Source: Planctomycetota bacterium
Lineage (GTDB): Bacteria; Planctomycetota; UBA1135; UBA2386
Assembly: GCA_965223545.1 (NCBI GenBank)
Contig: OZ245006.1
Coordinates: 1,760,001-1,824,000 of the forward strand
DNA: 64,000 nucleotides
Direction: 5' to 3'
This document shows positions 54,041-64,000 of this stretch, in pieces. A program made the translations under genes and the position numbers. A model generated the notes under the pieces. It did no database searches. It had not been told where the DNA came from and saw nothing but the letters and a program-made list of their open reading frames with translations. Numbering within the stretch: the first letter of the stretch is position 1; every line of letters begins with the position of its first letter.

Positions 54041-55470
54041 CAGCTGACCTGCGGGAAGGTGAACGGGCCGCGTCCCGGCCGCCACGCGAGCGCATTGGCG
54101 GCGTCGGCGTGCTCGCCTTCGAACTGCTCGCCTTGCGCGTCGAACGACAACCGCGGCCCCAGCGTGTAGTCGGTCGAGCCGGCGTCGACGCCGTTCTGCA
54201 CGAGGTGGTCGCGGAAGCGGCGGAAGGACTCGTTGCCCGGCTCGCAGTCGCCGAACGGCGTCTCCGCGTCGGCGAGCGGCCGCGCTTCGCCGAGCTGGTG
54301 CGAGACGTTGGCCATGTGGCACAGCGCCGACGACAGGTGGCCCTCGGCGATCTCGGCGGTGAGCACCGAGGCGTCGTTGGCGAGGGCTGCGTCGACGAAG
54401 TTCTGGAAGTGATCGCCGCCGCCGGTGAACGTTTTGATCGGTTTGCCGTCGTGGTCGAACGCCACCACCTTGCCGTAGCTGGCACTGACCAGATAGCCGT
54501 GCTCGCAGTGGAACACCACGCCGATGCCGGTGTCGCGGTAGCCGCGCGTGTTGAGGCCGCGCACCTCGAAGATCAGCTGCTGGTCGCCGCGCTCGAACAG
54601 CGCGACCTGCGTGTTCGGGGTGTTGCCGTCGTCGTCGTAGCCGAAGCGGCCGCCGACGCTGCGCACGTTGTCCGGCAGCTCGGCCCAAGCCAGCCCCCAG
54701 CGCGCGATGTCCATCTGGTGCACGCCCTGATTGCCGATGTCGCCATTGCCGGTGTTGAACACCCAATGCCAGTCGTAGTGCACCTCCTTGCGCCGCAAGG
54801 GCTCGAGCCGCGCCGGGCCGGTCCACAGGTCGTAGTCCAGCGTCTCCGGCGGCACCTGCGGCCCGTCGACCTTGCCGATGGTCTCACGCCGCTTGTAGCA
54901 CAGTGCCCGCGCGACCTGCACGCGGCCGAGTCCGCCCTCGCGCAGCCAGGTGATGGCGTCGTGGGTCGCCTTCATCGAGCGCGCCTGGGTGCCGTGCTGG
55001 CAGACGCGGCCGCTGCGGCGTGCTGCCTCGACCACCTTGCGCCCCTCGATCACGTCGTGGCTGACCGGCTTCTCGACGTAGACGTGCTTGCCGGCGTCCA
55101 GCGCCCACACCGCCGCCAACGCGTGCCAGTGATTGGGCGTGGCGATCGACACCGCATCGATGGTGTCGTCCTCCATCACCGCGCGCAGGTCCTTGACGTA
55201 GCGCGCGTCGGGCGCCGCCTGCATCGCCAGCTCGATCACGCCCTCGTCGGGATCGCAGATCACCGCGACTTCGGCGTCGGGGCTCTTCTTGTAGGCACCG
55301 ACATGACCGCGACCACGGCCGCGCACGCCGAGCACCGCGACCCGCAGCGGGTCTCTCCGCGGGCGACGGCGCTGTGCGTCGTCCGACGGCTGCACCAGCG
55401 GCACCGGCAGCGCCACGGCGGCGGCCAGCAGGCTGTCTTCCAAGAACTCGCGGCGGTTGCGTTTGTGCAT
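54040..55470 (-). CDS. Tat-exported Gfo/Idh/MocA oxidoreductase
   Basis: NRREFL; GVRGRG; IATPNHWH; GKHVYVEKP; GDIGNQGVHQMDIARW. Confidence 0.93.
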   Translation of the reverse strand: MHKRNRREFLEDSLLAAAVALPVPLVQPSDDAQRRRPRRDPLRVAVLGVRGRGRGHVGAYKKSPDAEVAVICDPDEGVIELAMQAAPDARYVKDLRAVMEDDTIDAVSIATPNHWHALAAVWALDAGKHVYVEKPVSHDVIEGRKVVEAARRSGRVCQHGTQARSMKATHDAITWLREGGLGRVQVARALCYKRRETIGKVDGPQVPPETLDYDLWTGPARLEPLRRKEVHYDWHWVFNTGNGDIGNQGVHQMDIARWGLAWAELPDNVRSVGGRFGYDDDGNTPNTQVALFERGDQQLIFEVRGLNTRGYRDTGIGVVFHCEHGYLVSASYGKVVAFDHDGKPIKTFTGGGDHFQNFVDAALANDASVLTAEIAEGHLSSALCHMANVSHQLGEARPLADAETPFGDCEPGNESFRRFRDHLVQNGVDAGSTDYTLGPRLSFDAQGEQFEGEHADAANALAWRPGRGPFTFPQVS

Positions 55471-55503
55471 GATTCCTCTTCTTACGAGCAGCGGCCTTGC
55501 CTG

Positions 55504-56328
55504 CTATCGACCGGCGCCGGGCGGCGACCGGAGAACGCGAAAGCCCAAGTGATCGCCGTCCGGCACCCACCATACGCCAGGTGGCACGTTGGGGTCGTCG
55601 AGCACCCAATCCGGCTCGAACGCCAACCGCGCGGTCGGCGTCACCAATGCGGCCTCATCCGACCACGAGCCGCCGCGCAACACCGCGCGATCGGGCTGGC
55701 TCGGGTCGAACGGGCCGGCGCAGTACTCCCACAGGTTGCCGAGCATGTCGTGCAGGCCGAAGCGGTTGGCGGCCTTGCCGCCGACCTCGTGCGTCATCTC
55801 GTCGCTGTTGGCCTCGTACCACGCGGCCGCGTCGAGCCCCCCAGCACCCGAGTCGGCGCAAGCGAGCTCCCACTCGGCCTCGGTCGGCAGCCGATACGAC
55901 GCGCCGGTGTTGGCCGACAGCCACTCGCAGTAGCGGCGCGCGGCCTGCCAACTCATGCCGACCGCCGGCCGCCGGCCGGTGCCCCAGTAGCGATCGTACG
56001 GAGTGACGTCATCGAGTGGCTTGGACGGCCGCGCGACCGCGTCCACCGGCGGCGACAGGCCGAGCGCGCCGTCGAAGTCGCAGTAGGACAAGTATTCATC
56101 CCAGGTGACTTCGGTGCGACCGATCCAGAAGCCGCCCGGCTCGACCCAGACCATGTCGAACGCGATCTCGGTGCCGCGGATGGTCTCGGTGTAGCTCGCC
56201 GGCGCGGCGGCGGCGGAGGCATCCTCGGGCACGCCATCGCCGGCGGCCTCGCACGCGAACAGCACGGCCAACGCCAGAGCAGAGATCGGTGCCGCGAGAG
56301 CAGAGGGAGACGCGCGCCGCATCAGCAT
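55504..56328 (-). CDS. FGE-sulfatase (SUMF1-like) domain lipoprotein
   Basis: TEVTWDEY, YRLPTEAEWELAC, NRFGLHDMLGNLWEY, VLRGGSW, GFRV. Confidence 0.9.
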   Translation of the reverse strand: MLMRRASPSALAAPISALALAVLFACEAAGDGVPEDASAAAAPASYTETIRGTEIAFDMVWVEPGGFWIGRTEVTWDEYLSYCDFDGALGLSPPVDAVARPSKPLDDVTPYDRYWGTGRRPAVGMSWQAARRYCEWLSANTGASYRLPTEAEWELACADSGAGGLDAAAWYEANSDEMTHEVGGKAANRFGLHDMLGNLWEYCAGPFDPSQPDRAVLRGGSWSDEAALVTPTARLAFEPDWVLDDPNVPPGVWWVPDGDHLGFRVLRSPPGAGR

Positions 56329-56390
56329 GGTCGCGGCCCACTGTAGGCGGCCACGCCGCCGGGCGCACGCACTGACAAGCGAAGCAGCCC

Positions 56391-57962
56391 CTACCAGCCG
56401 GACGCCCGCCCCAACCGCTCCGGGCGCTCGTCGGCCTGCGCCACCTGATGACCGATCCAGTACGCCAGCCGCGCGACGCGCTCCATCTTGTCGCCGTCGA
56501 GCTTGTCGGCGTGGTCGGTGACCTGGTGGTAGTCCTCGTGCTCGCCACAGCAGAAGAACACCACCGGCACGCCGCGCTTGGCGAAGTTGAAGTGGTCGCT
56601 GCGCGTGTAGTACTTGTCGCCGTTGGTGAAGCTCAGGTCGAAGTGCGAAGCCAACACCGCCGCATCCTTGACGATCGTCGAGAACATCGAGTGCCGGTAG
56701 CTCGGCGTCACCGTGATCTCGTCCGCGCCCGACTCGGGGCCGACGCGGCCGATCATGTCGATGTTGACGTCGGCGACGATCGACGGCAGCGGCCAAGTCG
56801 GGTTCTCGGCAAACCACTGCGAGCCCCACAGCCCGAGCTCCTCGCCGGACACCGCGAGGAAGAGGATCGACCGCCGCGGGCGATTGGCCGCGGTGGTGTA
56901 GGCCTCGGCGATCTCGAGCAGCCCGGCCGTGCCGGACGCGTTGTCGTCGGCGCCGTTGAACACTTCGCCGTCATAGCGCGTGCCGACGTGGTCCATGTGC
57001 GCGGAGTAGACCACGGCTTCGGCGGCGAGCTCGGGATCGCTGCCGCGCAGCACGGCGACGACGTTCTCGGCTTTGGCGTCCTGCTCGACGGTGACCGCCA
57101 CGGACAGACCACCCGCACACGAAGCGCCGACCGCGGCGGCATCCACCGGATCCTCGACCCCCAACGCCTCCAACAGGGTTGCCGACAGCCGCGCCGACAA
57201 GAAGCACTGCGGGACCGACACCCTCCAGGCGTTGGCCATCTCGCCCATGCCCTGATCGTCGCCGAACGACACCAGCGGCTTGCCCGGCGACAGGCCGAAG
57301 TAGTTCATCGCGGTGGGAATGCACTGGTCGTCGTCGATGCAGTAGACGATCGCCACCGCACCGGCCTTGGCGGCGCGCCGCGCCAGCCCGCGCGCGCGGC
57401 CGAACGTGCGCAGCGACGCACCGAAGACCTCCTCGATCTTGGTGGTGCGCAGCTTCGGCGCCCGCAGCGTCGCCACCGCGATCTTGCCGGTCAGCTCGGG
57501 CAGCGGCTCGCGGGCGGAGACGAAGACCCAGCCCTCACCCTCGACCGGATCCATCGACGTCGACGGCAGCACGCCGAAGCCGGCGCCGTAGCGCTGCTCG
57601 CCGATCCGCAGCGCCGCACCGGACAGACTGGTGCGCTCGATCGGGTAGTGCTGGAAATAGCTGCGCGCGCCGTCCTCGCCGGCGTCCTCTCGTGGATCAC
57701 CCATCGGCTCGAGGCCGAGCTGCTCGAACCGGGCCGCGATGTAGCGCGCGGCCTCGACCTGGCCGGAAGTGCCGGTCAGCCGACCGCCGAACGCGTCCGA
57801 CGACAAATGCTCCGCGTGCGCCAGGAGCCCCACCCGATCGATCGCCTCCATGCCGTCGGGCGGCGTGGCGGCAGCCGGCGGCGCCTGGGCCACTGCCACT
57901 GCCGCCGCGGCGACCACCGACGAAGAGAACCGAACCAACGCCACCGCCGAGAATCGATGCAT
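56391..57962 (-). CDS. M28 family metallopeptidase
   Basis: SAHMDH, NGADDNASGTA, SGEELGLWGS, NIDMIGR, RSDH, DYHQVTD. Confidence 0.93.
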   Translation of the reverse strand: MHRFSAVALVRFSSSVVAAAAVAVAQAPPAAATPPDGMEAIDRVGLLAHAEHLSSDAFGGRLTGTSGQVEAARYIAARFEQLGLEPMGDPREDAGEDGARSYFQHYPIERTSLSGAALRIGEQRYGAGFGVLPSTSMDPVEGEGWVFVSAREPLPELTGKIAVATLRAPKLRTTKIEEVFGASLRTFGRARGLARRAAKAGAVAIVYCIDDDQCIPTAMNYFGLSPGKPLVSFGDDQGMGEMANAWRVSVPQCFLSARLSATLLEALGVEDPVDAAAVGASCAGGLSVAVTVEQDAKAENVVAVLRGSDPELAAEAVVYSAHMDHVGTRYDGEVFNGADDNASGTAGLLEIAEAYTTAANRPRRSILFLAVSGEELGLWGSQWFAENPTWPLPSIVADVNIDMIGRVGPESGADEITVTPSYRHSMFSTIVKDAAVLASHFDLSFTNGDKYYTRSDHFNFAKRGVPVVFFCCGEHEDYHQVTDHADKLDGDKMERVARLAYWIGHQVAQADERPERLGRASGW

Positions 57963-58067
57963 GCCACAACCTCCGCGGCGCAACGCCGCGCTGGCCCCAA
58001 ACGTAGCCGTCGCCGGGCCCCACCTGTCAATACGCCGGCTGGCCGCGCCGCGTGAGTGGCGTTTACC

Positions 58068-59735
58068 ATGGCCCGCGTGCAACCGACGTCCGTGGAGCTT
58101 CTCCGCCGCGCGCTGCTCAGCCGCCGCGCGGTGCTCGGCGGGGCCCTGGCAGCCGGCGCCGCCGGTGTCTTGCCGCGAACGCGGCGCGACCCGGCCGCCG
58201 ATCTGGCCGCGACGACGCGGCTGCTGGGCCTCGAATTCCTCGACGAAGAACGCGGCCAGGCCGAGTCCCGACTGACCGCGCTGCGCGACAGCTATCACGC
58301 GCTGCGCGCGGCGCCGCTCGACCGACAGACCCCGCCGGCGCTGCGCTTCGATCCGTCGGCCCCGCCACCGGCGGCCGCGCCGATGCCGCAGTGGACCCCG
58401 CCGCCCGCACCGCGCATCGAGAGCGCGCTCGACCTCGCGTTCGCCAGCGTCGAGGAGCTCGGCGCGCTGTTGCGCAGCGGCGCGACCAGCTCGCGAGCGC
58501 TGACCGAGCTCGCGCTCGAGCGGCTCGAGACGCACGACGCAACCCTGCACTGCGTCGTGACCCTGCTGCGCGAGCAGGCGCTCGCCGAAGCCGAGCGCGC
58601 CGATGCCGAGATCGCCCGCGGCGAGTGGCGCGGGCCGCTGCACGGCATTCCCTACGGGGCGAAGGACCTCCTCGCCGCCCGCGGCGCACCGACCACGTTC
58701 GGCGCAGCGCCGTTTCGCGACCAAGTCATCGACGCCGACGCCGCGGTGATCGAGAAGCTGCGCGATGCCGGCGCGGTGCTGGTGGCCAAGCTGTCGCTCG
58801 GCGCGCTGGCGATGGGCGATCTGTGGTACGGCGGCCGCACGCGCAACCCGTGGCGTCCCGAGCAGGGATCGAGCGGCTCGTCGGCGGGTTCCGCCGCCGC
58901 CGTCGCCGCCGGCCTGGTGCCGTTCGCGATCGGCTCCGAGACGCTGGGCTCGATCGTGTCGCCGTGCACGCGCTGCGGCGCCACCGGCCTGCGCCCGACC
59001 TTCGGCGCGGTCAGCCGTGCCGGCGCCATGCCGCTGTCGTGGACGATGGACAAGCTCGGCCCGATCGCCCGCACCGCCGCCGACTGCGCGCTGGTGTACG
59101 ACGCGATGCGCGGCGCCGACCCGCGCGACCCCGACAGCCGCGATACCGCGTTCGACTGGCAGCCGCGGCGGTCGCTCGACGGCCTGCGCATCGGCGTGCT
59201 CGGCCAAGAACAATGGCGCGAGGCACCCGAGGCCGCGTTTCTCGACACCCTTGGCAAAGCCGGCGCGAGACCGGTCGAAGTGCAGCTGCCCGACGCGCCG
59301 CTGCGCGACATGCTGGTGATCCTGCACGCGGAGGCGTCGGCCGCGTTCGAGCGCCTGGTGCGAGAGGGCGGCGTCCGCGGGCTCACCGGGCAGCGGGATC
59401 GTGATTGGCCCAATCAAATGCGCACGGCGCGCACCATCCCAGCGGTCGAGTACCTGACGGCGCAACGGTTGCGGAGCGACGTGATCGCCGGCACCCACCG
59501 CGCCCTCGACGCAGTCGACGTGTGGTTGGCGCCGACCTTCGGCAACGCCGCCTTGACGCTCAGCAACCTCACCGGGCATCCCTGCATGGTGATGCCGTTG
59601 GCCGCGCGGGACGACGGCCGCCCTTTGTCGATCACGGTGCTCGGCCGGATGTGGGGCGAGGCGGCGATCACGACCGTCGCCGAGCATTGGCAAGCCCATT
59701 CCGAGTGGCACCGGCGACGCCCGCCGCTCGACTGA
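58068..59735 (+). CDS. Amidase signature family protein (Tat-like signal)
   Basis: SRRAVL; GPLHGIPYGAKD; GSSGSSAGS; IGSETLGSIVSP; GLRPTFG. Confidence 0.93.
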   Translation: MARVQPTSVELLRRALLSRRAVLGGALAAGAAGVLPRTRRDPAADLAATTRLLGLEFLDEERGQAESRLTALRDSYHALRAAPLDRQTPPALRFDPSAPPPAAAPMPQWTPPPAPRIESALDLAFASVEELGALLRSGATSSRALTELALERLETHDATLHCVVTLLREQALAEAERADAEIARGEWRGPLHGIPYGAKDLLAARGAPTTFGAAPFRDQVIDADAAVIEKLRDAGAVLVAKLSLGALAMGDLWYGGRTRNPWRPEQGSSGSSAGSAAAVAAGLVPFAIGSETLGSIVSPCTRCGATGLRPTFGAVSRAGAMPLSWTMDKLGPIARTAADCALVYDAMRGADPRDPDSRDTAFDWQPRRSLDGLRIGVLGQEQWREAPEAAFLDTLGKAGARPVEVQLPDAPLRDMLVILHAEASAAFERLVREGGVRGLTGQRDRDWPNQMRTARTIPAVEYLTAQRLRSDVIAGTHRALDAVDVWLAPTFGNAALTLSNLTGHPCMVMPLAARDDGRPLSITVLGRMWGEAAITTVAEHWQAHSEWHRRRPPLD

Positions 59736-59768
59736 CCTCGGAGCCGCCCGGTGCGTGGTGCAGGTGTC

Positions 59769-60050
59769 ATGGTCCCCTTGGCGTTCATTGCCGCGTGCGA
59801 GAAACCCCTCGCAACGACCGCCAACGAGGTGGAGGACGTCGAGGCCGAGGTCAGGGTAGCTGCCATGGACGAGACCGGGTTCTGGCAGATGATCGCGAAT
59901 GCCAACGGGACGGCGGGGCGCGATGCCGACGCCAAAATGCGGACGCTCGAGGCCGAGCTGAAGAAGCTCACGTCTTCATCGCTCCGCAACTTCACCCGGT
60001 CACCGCCGAGCGCGGTGCGAGTATCCTGCCGGCCCGCTCCAAACCCATGA
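59769..60050 (+). pseudogene. Possible truncated DUF4240-like protein
   Basis: MDETGFWQMIANA...LEAELKKL...LRNF resembles the DUF4240 N-terminus, then stops. Confidence 0.4.
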
Positions 60051-61306
60051 TCCACGCTATCCTCCCGCCGTTCGTTCTTCCCGCGCTGGCCGCCACCTTG
60101 GCCGGCGATTGGCCGCAGTACCACGGTGCGCACGGCGACCGCGCCAGCGCCGAATCGATCGCGCTCACCGAGTGGCAGGACGGCGGACCACCGCGTGCAT
60201 GGCGGGTGGCAACCCCGGGCGGCTTCAGCTCGTTCAGCGTCCTCGGCGACCGGGCCTTCACCCTCATCACGCGCGACGGCGTGGAGACCGTGCTGGCGCT
60301 GGCGACCGCCGACGGCAGCGAGCTGTGGGCGCAGGCGCTGTCGACCGCCGAGTACGACCGCGGCGGCAACGCCGGCACCGAGGAGAACAGCGGCGGCGAC
60401 GGACCGCGCTCGACGCCGAGCATCGACCAAGACCGCGTCTACGTGTTCGACGCCAACCTCGTGCTGCACTGCCTGGATGCCGGCACCGGCGAGTCTCGCT
60501 GGAAGCACGATCTGATCGCCGACCACGAGGGGCGCAACGTGCGCTGGCAGAACGCGGCCTCACCGCTGGTGGACGGTGAGCTCGTTTTCGTCGCCGGTGG
60601 CGGGGAGGGCAAGTCGCTGATGGCGTTCGACAAGCGCGACGGCACGCTCGCCTGGGCCAAGGGCAACGAGACCATCACCCACGCCACGCCGATCGCGGCG
60701 ACGATCCACGGCCAACGCCAAGTGATCTTCTACGTCCACTCCGGCCTGATTGCGGTCGAGCCCACGTCGGGCACCGAGCTGTGGCGGCTGAAGTACCCCT
60801 TCCGCATCTCCAGCGCGGCCTCGCCCGTCGTGTGGCAGGACGTCGTCTACCTCTCTGCCGGCTACGGCGTCGGCGCCGGCGCCTATCGCATCGTGCGCGG
60901 CGACGACGGCTTCTCGACCGAGCTGCTGTGGCGCCAGCGCAACAAGCTGATGAACCACTGGAGCACGCCGGTCTGCATCGACGGCTACCTCTACGGCATG
61001 TTCAGCTTCAAGAAGTACGGCGAGGGGCCGCTGGCCTGCGTCGACATCCGCACCGGCGAGACGCGCTGGTCGGAGCCGGGCTTCGGGCCGGGCAACGCGA
61101 TCGCCGCCGCAAACGCGCTGGTGGCACTGGCCGATGACGGCCGCGTCGTGCTGGCCGAGCCCACGCCGGAGGGCTATCGCCCGCTCGCCGAGGCCGACGT
61201 CCTCGACGGCAAGTGCTGGAGCACACCAGTGCTGGCCGACGGCCAACTCTACGTGCGCTCGACCACCGAGGCGGTGCGCCTCGACCTCGGCACCAGCACC
61301 CGATGA
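60047..61306 (+). CDS. PQQ-like (BamB-type) beta-propeller protein
   Basis: GDWPQYHG, GPRSTP, CLDAGTGESRW, AASP, CWSTPVLADGQLYVR. Confidence 0.92.
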   Translation: MIHAILPPFVLPALAATLAGDWPQYHGAHGDRASAESIALTEWQDGGPPRAWRVATPGGFSSFSVLGDRAFTLITRDGVETVLALATADGSELWAQALSTAEYDRGGNAGTEENSGGDGPRSTPSIDQDRVYVFDANLVLHCLDAGTGESRWKHDLIADHEGRNVRWQNAASPLVDGELVFVAGGGEGKSLMAFDKRDGTLAWAKGNETITHATPIAATIHGQRQVIFYVHSGLIAVEPTSGTELWRLKYPFRISSAASPVVWQDVVYLSAGYGVGAGAYRIVRGDDGFSTELLWRQRNKLMNHWSTPVCIDGYLYGMFSFKKYGEGPLACVDIRTGETRWSEPGFGPGNAIAAANALVALADDGRVVLAEPTPEGYRPLAEADVLDGKCWSTPVLADGQLYVRSTTEAVRLDLGTSTR

Positions 61307-62220
61307 GGCCCGGACTCGCCGCCATCGCCGCCACCGCCGCCGTGCTGATCGGAACGAGCTGCGCGCACGCGCCGCGGCCGGGCACGCCACTGGTGCGGCG
61401 CGGCGATGAGATCGTCATCGGTGGTCAGCTGTTCCACACCGGCGCGCAGGTCGTGCTGTGGAACGACCCGGGAGGTCTCGACGGCTACCGCCCCACCGGC
61501 GTCGCGCAGGAGGCCAGCGCCACGGGGCGCGGCGTGCGCGCACGGCTGCCCAAGGCGCGGGATCACGCGGCCCTCGGCCAAGTGGTCCGCACGCTGATCG
61601 TGGACTCGGGCGCGAGTGGCAGTGCGCGGGCCGCGTTCGCCGCGCAGCAGCACACGCACGCCACCGCGCACTTCATCGTCGACGTCGATGGAGTGGTCTA
61701 CCAGACGCTGGACATTGCCGATTGCGCCGCGCGCGGCAGTCGCGGTGACCCGACCGCCGTGGTGGTGCATCTCGCGCACACCGGCATCTACGCGACTGCG
61801 AGCCACGCCGCGCTGGCCAATTGGTACGCGCGCGACGCGCGCGGTCCCGTGCTGCGCTGGCCGAGTGGAACCGGCGACTGGGGGGTGCGCACCCCCGGCT
61901 TCACCGCGCGGCCGGCGCGGGCGGCGTTGTTGGCCGGCACGCTGCACGGCCGCACGCACCACCAGTACGACTTCACCGACGAGCAGTACGAGGCGCTCGC
62001 CACGCTGAGCGCGGCGCTGATGGCGGTGCTGCCGGCGATCGAGGCGCGCGTTCCGACCGACGCCGACGGCACGGTCGTCGATACGAGCCTGCCCGCCGAC
62101 CAGCGCGGCGCGCTCCGCGGGTTGGCCGCTGCCCACCACCTCGACGCCGCCGCACTCGGCCCCGGACCCGGCTCTGACTGGTCCAGGCTGCTCGCCGGCA
62201 TTCGCCGCCTGCGGAGATGA
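61303..62220 (+). CDS. Amidase_2/AmpD-like lipoprotein, catalytic residues apparently lost
   Basis: Lipobox GTSC; AHFIVDVDGVVYQTLD; FTDEQYEALATL; GPGPGSDW. Confidence 0.75.
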   Translation: MRPGLAAIAATAAVLIGTSCAHAPRPGTPLVRRGDEIVIGGQLFHTGAQVVLWNDPGGLDGYRPTGVAQEASATGRGVRARLPKARDHAALGQVVRTLIVDSGASGSARAAFAAQQHTHATAHFIVDVDGVVYQTLDIADCAARGSRGDPTAVVVHLAHTGIYATASHAALANWYARDARGPVLRWPSGTGDWGVRTPGFTARPARAALLAGTLHGRTHHQYDFTDEQYEALATLSAALMAVLPAIEARVPTDADGTVVDTSLPADQRGALRGLAAAHHLDAAALGPGPGSDWSRLLAGIRRLRR

Positions 62221-64000
62221 ACGAGCGGACCGCACTCGGCCGCAGAGCGATCCGCACCGGCGCAGCCCTACTGGTCGCGGGTGCCGTGGCAGCGATCTGG
62301 CTCTTGCCACCGCACGCCGAAGTCGGCACACCCGATGCCACCGTCGGGGGCTGGCGCATTCGCCTGTACTCGGTCGCAGCACCGGTCGACGCCATCTACG
62401 AGCTGGTGCAGGACCAGACTCCCAACCGCGAGCTCAGCACTGCGGATGCGACCATCCCAACCGCCGCGCTCGCCGATCTCGGCGGCGCGCTCCACGTCGA
62501 GGCCGAGGCACTGCTGCGCGTCGAAGCGGCGGGTCAGCACGGGTTCGAGCTACGCGCGCCCGGGCCGGCCGCCCTGCAGATCGGCGAGCGCACGGTGCTG
62601 GCCAAAGCCGGTGGCTCCCCCACCGCGCGCGGCAGCGCCTATCTGGCCGCCGGCGACCATCCGCTGCGGCTGCGCACCGCCGTCGACGCCGCACCGTCCG
62701 CCGCGCTGCGCCTGCTCTGGCGCAAGCCCGGCCGCGCGGAGCTGGTGACGATCCCGGCGGATGCGCTGCGCCGGTTTGTCGGCGCAACTCCCGTGGTGTC
62801 GCCCGGCATCAAACGGCTGCGGCGGGACGTGTGCGCGTTTCGAGCGGGTGACGGCCTTCCGCTCGACGGCGTGCATCCCGGCTGGACGGTGGAGGACATC
62901 CGCCCCGAAGGCTTCGAGCCGGCCGTCGGGGCGATGGCCTTCCTGCCCGACGGCCGACTCGGCGTGGCCACGTTCGCGCCGAAGAACGACACCGAGATGC
63001 GCGGCGCGGATGGGGTTCTCTGGGCGCTGCGGGTCGACGAAGGCGGCGGCGACGAGGCTGTGCTCGCGCGCGTCGCCGAGGGGTTGCACGATCCGATGGG
63101 GCTGTGCGTGGTCGGCGAGCGCGTGTTCGTCGCCGAGGCCGAGGCGATCACCGAGCTGCGCGACGACGACGGCGACGGCAGCTACGAGGGGCGCCGGCGC
63201 CTCGCCGGCGGCTGGACCAGCGACAACTACCACCAGTTCACCTGCGGCCTGCGGCACCGCAACGGCAAGCTCTACACTGCGCTCTCTACCGCGCTGTACC
63301 TCGCGCCGCTGCGCGAGCGCCTCGGCATGCCACCCGGGCGCTTCGACCAGGGGCCCAACCCTCCGCTGCGCGGCAGCGTGCTGGAGATCGATCTTCTGAC
63401 CGGCGCGGTCCAGCCGATCGCCGGCGGGCTGCGCACTCCCAACGGGATCGGTTGGAGCGCCGGCGGCGCGCTGTTGGTCGCCGACAACCAGGGCAATTGG
63501 GTGCCGACGAGCAAGGTCGTCCACATCCGTGCCGGCCACTTCTACGGCTTCGAAGCAGACACCCGGACGCAGACCGCGACCTATCCCGACGGCGGCGCGC
63601 CGACGCCGTTCCAGGACCGGCCCTGCACGCCGCCGGCCGTCTGGTTGCCGCACAACGAAGTGTGCAATTCGCCGGGTGACATGGTGCCGATCCGCGACCC
63701 GTTCTACGAAGACCAGCTGCTGCTGGCCGAGCTGACCCTCGGCGGCATCCGGCGGTTGCAGCTCGAGGAGGTCGACGGCGTGCTGCAGGGCGCGGTGTTC
63801 CGCTTCAGCCAGGGGCTCGAGGCCGGCGTGCACCGGCTCTGCTGGGGGCCGGACGGCGCGCTCTACGCCGGCATGGTCGGCGAGCGCGGCAATTGGTCGT
63901 GGCGCGGCACGAGGTTCGGGTTGCAGCGGCTCGTGCCCAACGGCCACCGCGTGTTCGAGATGCACTCGATCCACGCCCGTGCCGACGGATTCGCGCTGCG
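62217..64000 (+). CDS. PA14-like plus sorbosone-dehydrogenase-like beta-propeller protein (runs off window end)
   Basis: Manual translation from ATG at 62217 (ATGA overlap): TM helix, LRLLWRKPG, GVHPGW, MAFLPDGRL, GGLRTPNGIG, DNQGNWVPTSK, LQGAVFRFSQGLEAG. Confidence 0.88.
   Translation, partial: MNERTALGRRAIRTGAALLVAGAVAAIWLLPPHAEVGTPDATVGGWRIRLYSVAAPVDAIYELVQDQTPNRELSTADATIPTAALADLGGALHVEAEALLRVEAAGQHGFELRAPGPAALQIGERTVLAKAGGSPTARGSAYLAAGDHPLRLRTAVDAAPSAALRLLWRKPGRAELVTIPADALRRFVGATPVVSPGIKRLRRDVCAFRAGDGLPLDGVHPGWTVEDIRPEGFEPAVGAMAFLPDGRLGVATFAPKNDTEMRGADGVLWALRVDEGGGDEAVLARVAEGLHDPMGLCVVGERVFVAEAEAITELRDDDGDGSYEGRRRLAGGWTSDNYHQFTCGLRHRNGKLYTALSTALYLAPLRERLGMPPGRFDQGPNPPLRGSVLEIDLLTGAVQPIAGGLRTPNGIGWSAGGALLVADNQGNWVPTSKVVHIRAGHFYGFEADTRTQTATYPDGGAPTPFQDRPCTPPAVWLPHNEVCNSPGDMVPIRDPFYEDQLLLAELTLGGIRRLQLEEVDGVLQGAVFRFSQGLEAGVHRLCWGPDGALYAGMVGERGNWSWRGTRFGLQRLVPNGHRVFEMHSIHARADGFAL

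Noticed and set aside
1..64000. tRNA, rRNA, CRISPR array, integron integrase
   Set aside because: None recognised by eye; a tRNAscan/Infernal run would be needed to exclude small RNAs

Overview
High-GC window that looks Planctomycetota-like (inference from the repeated ECF-sigma/Ser-Thr-kinase pairs and the DUF1080, Gfo/Idh/MocA, FGE-sulfatase and PQQ-like propeller genes). It has three zones. (1) 1-31 kb: regulatory and accessory genes, with four ECF sigma factors, four Hanks-type kinases, secreted proteins, an IS1-like element, and a dual methyltransferase (EgtD-like) plus betaine-type ABC transporter operon. (2) About 31.5-52.8 kb: a decayed mobile/defence island with three IS66 elements, an IS630 fragment, an integrase relic, an AbiE toxin-antitoxin pair, an AEP-primase/helicase and an AT-richer beta-helix + methyltransferase insert. 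A 12.4 kb segment here has been inverted between two IS66 copies, as shown by swapped target duplications and a split gene. (3) 52.8-64 kb: periplasmic and envelope genes that look like core genome. The best candidate for a new system is hidden from the ORF track at 1654-3609: a lipoprotein with two HMA-like repeats, each with an in-frame UGA at the metal-binding Cys position followed by the same SECIS-like hairpin (putative double selenoprotein). It is divergent from an ECF sigma/anti-sigma pair, and both directions carry the same TCTGCAAT-N16-GACATCT promoter-like motif. Family assignments come from motif recognition by eye; no database searches were run.
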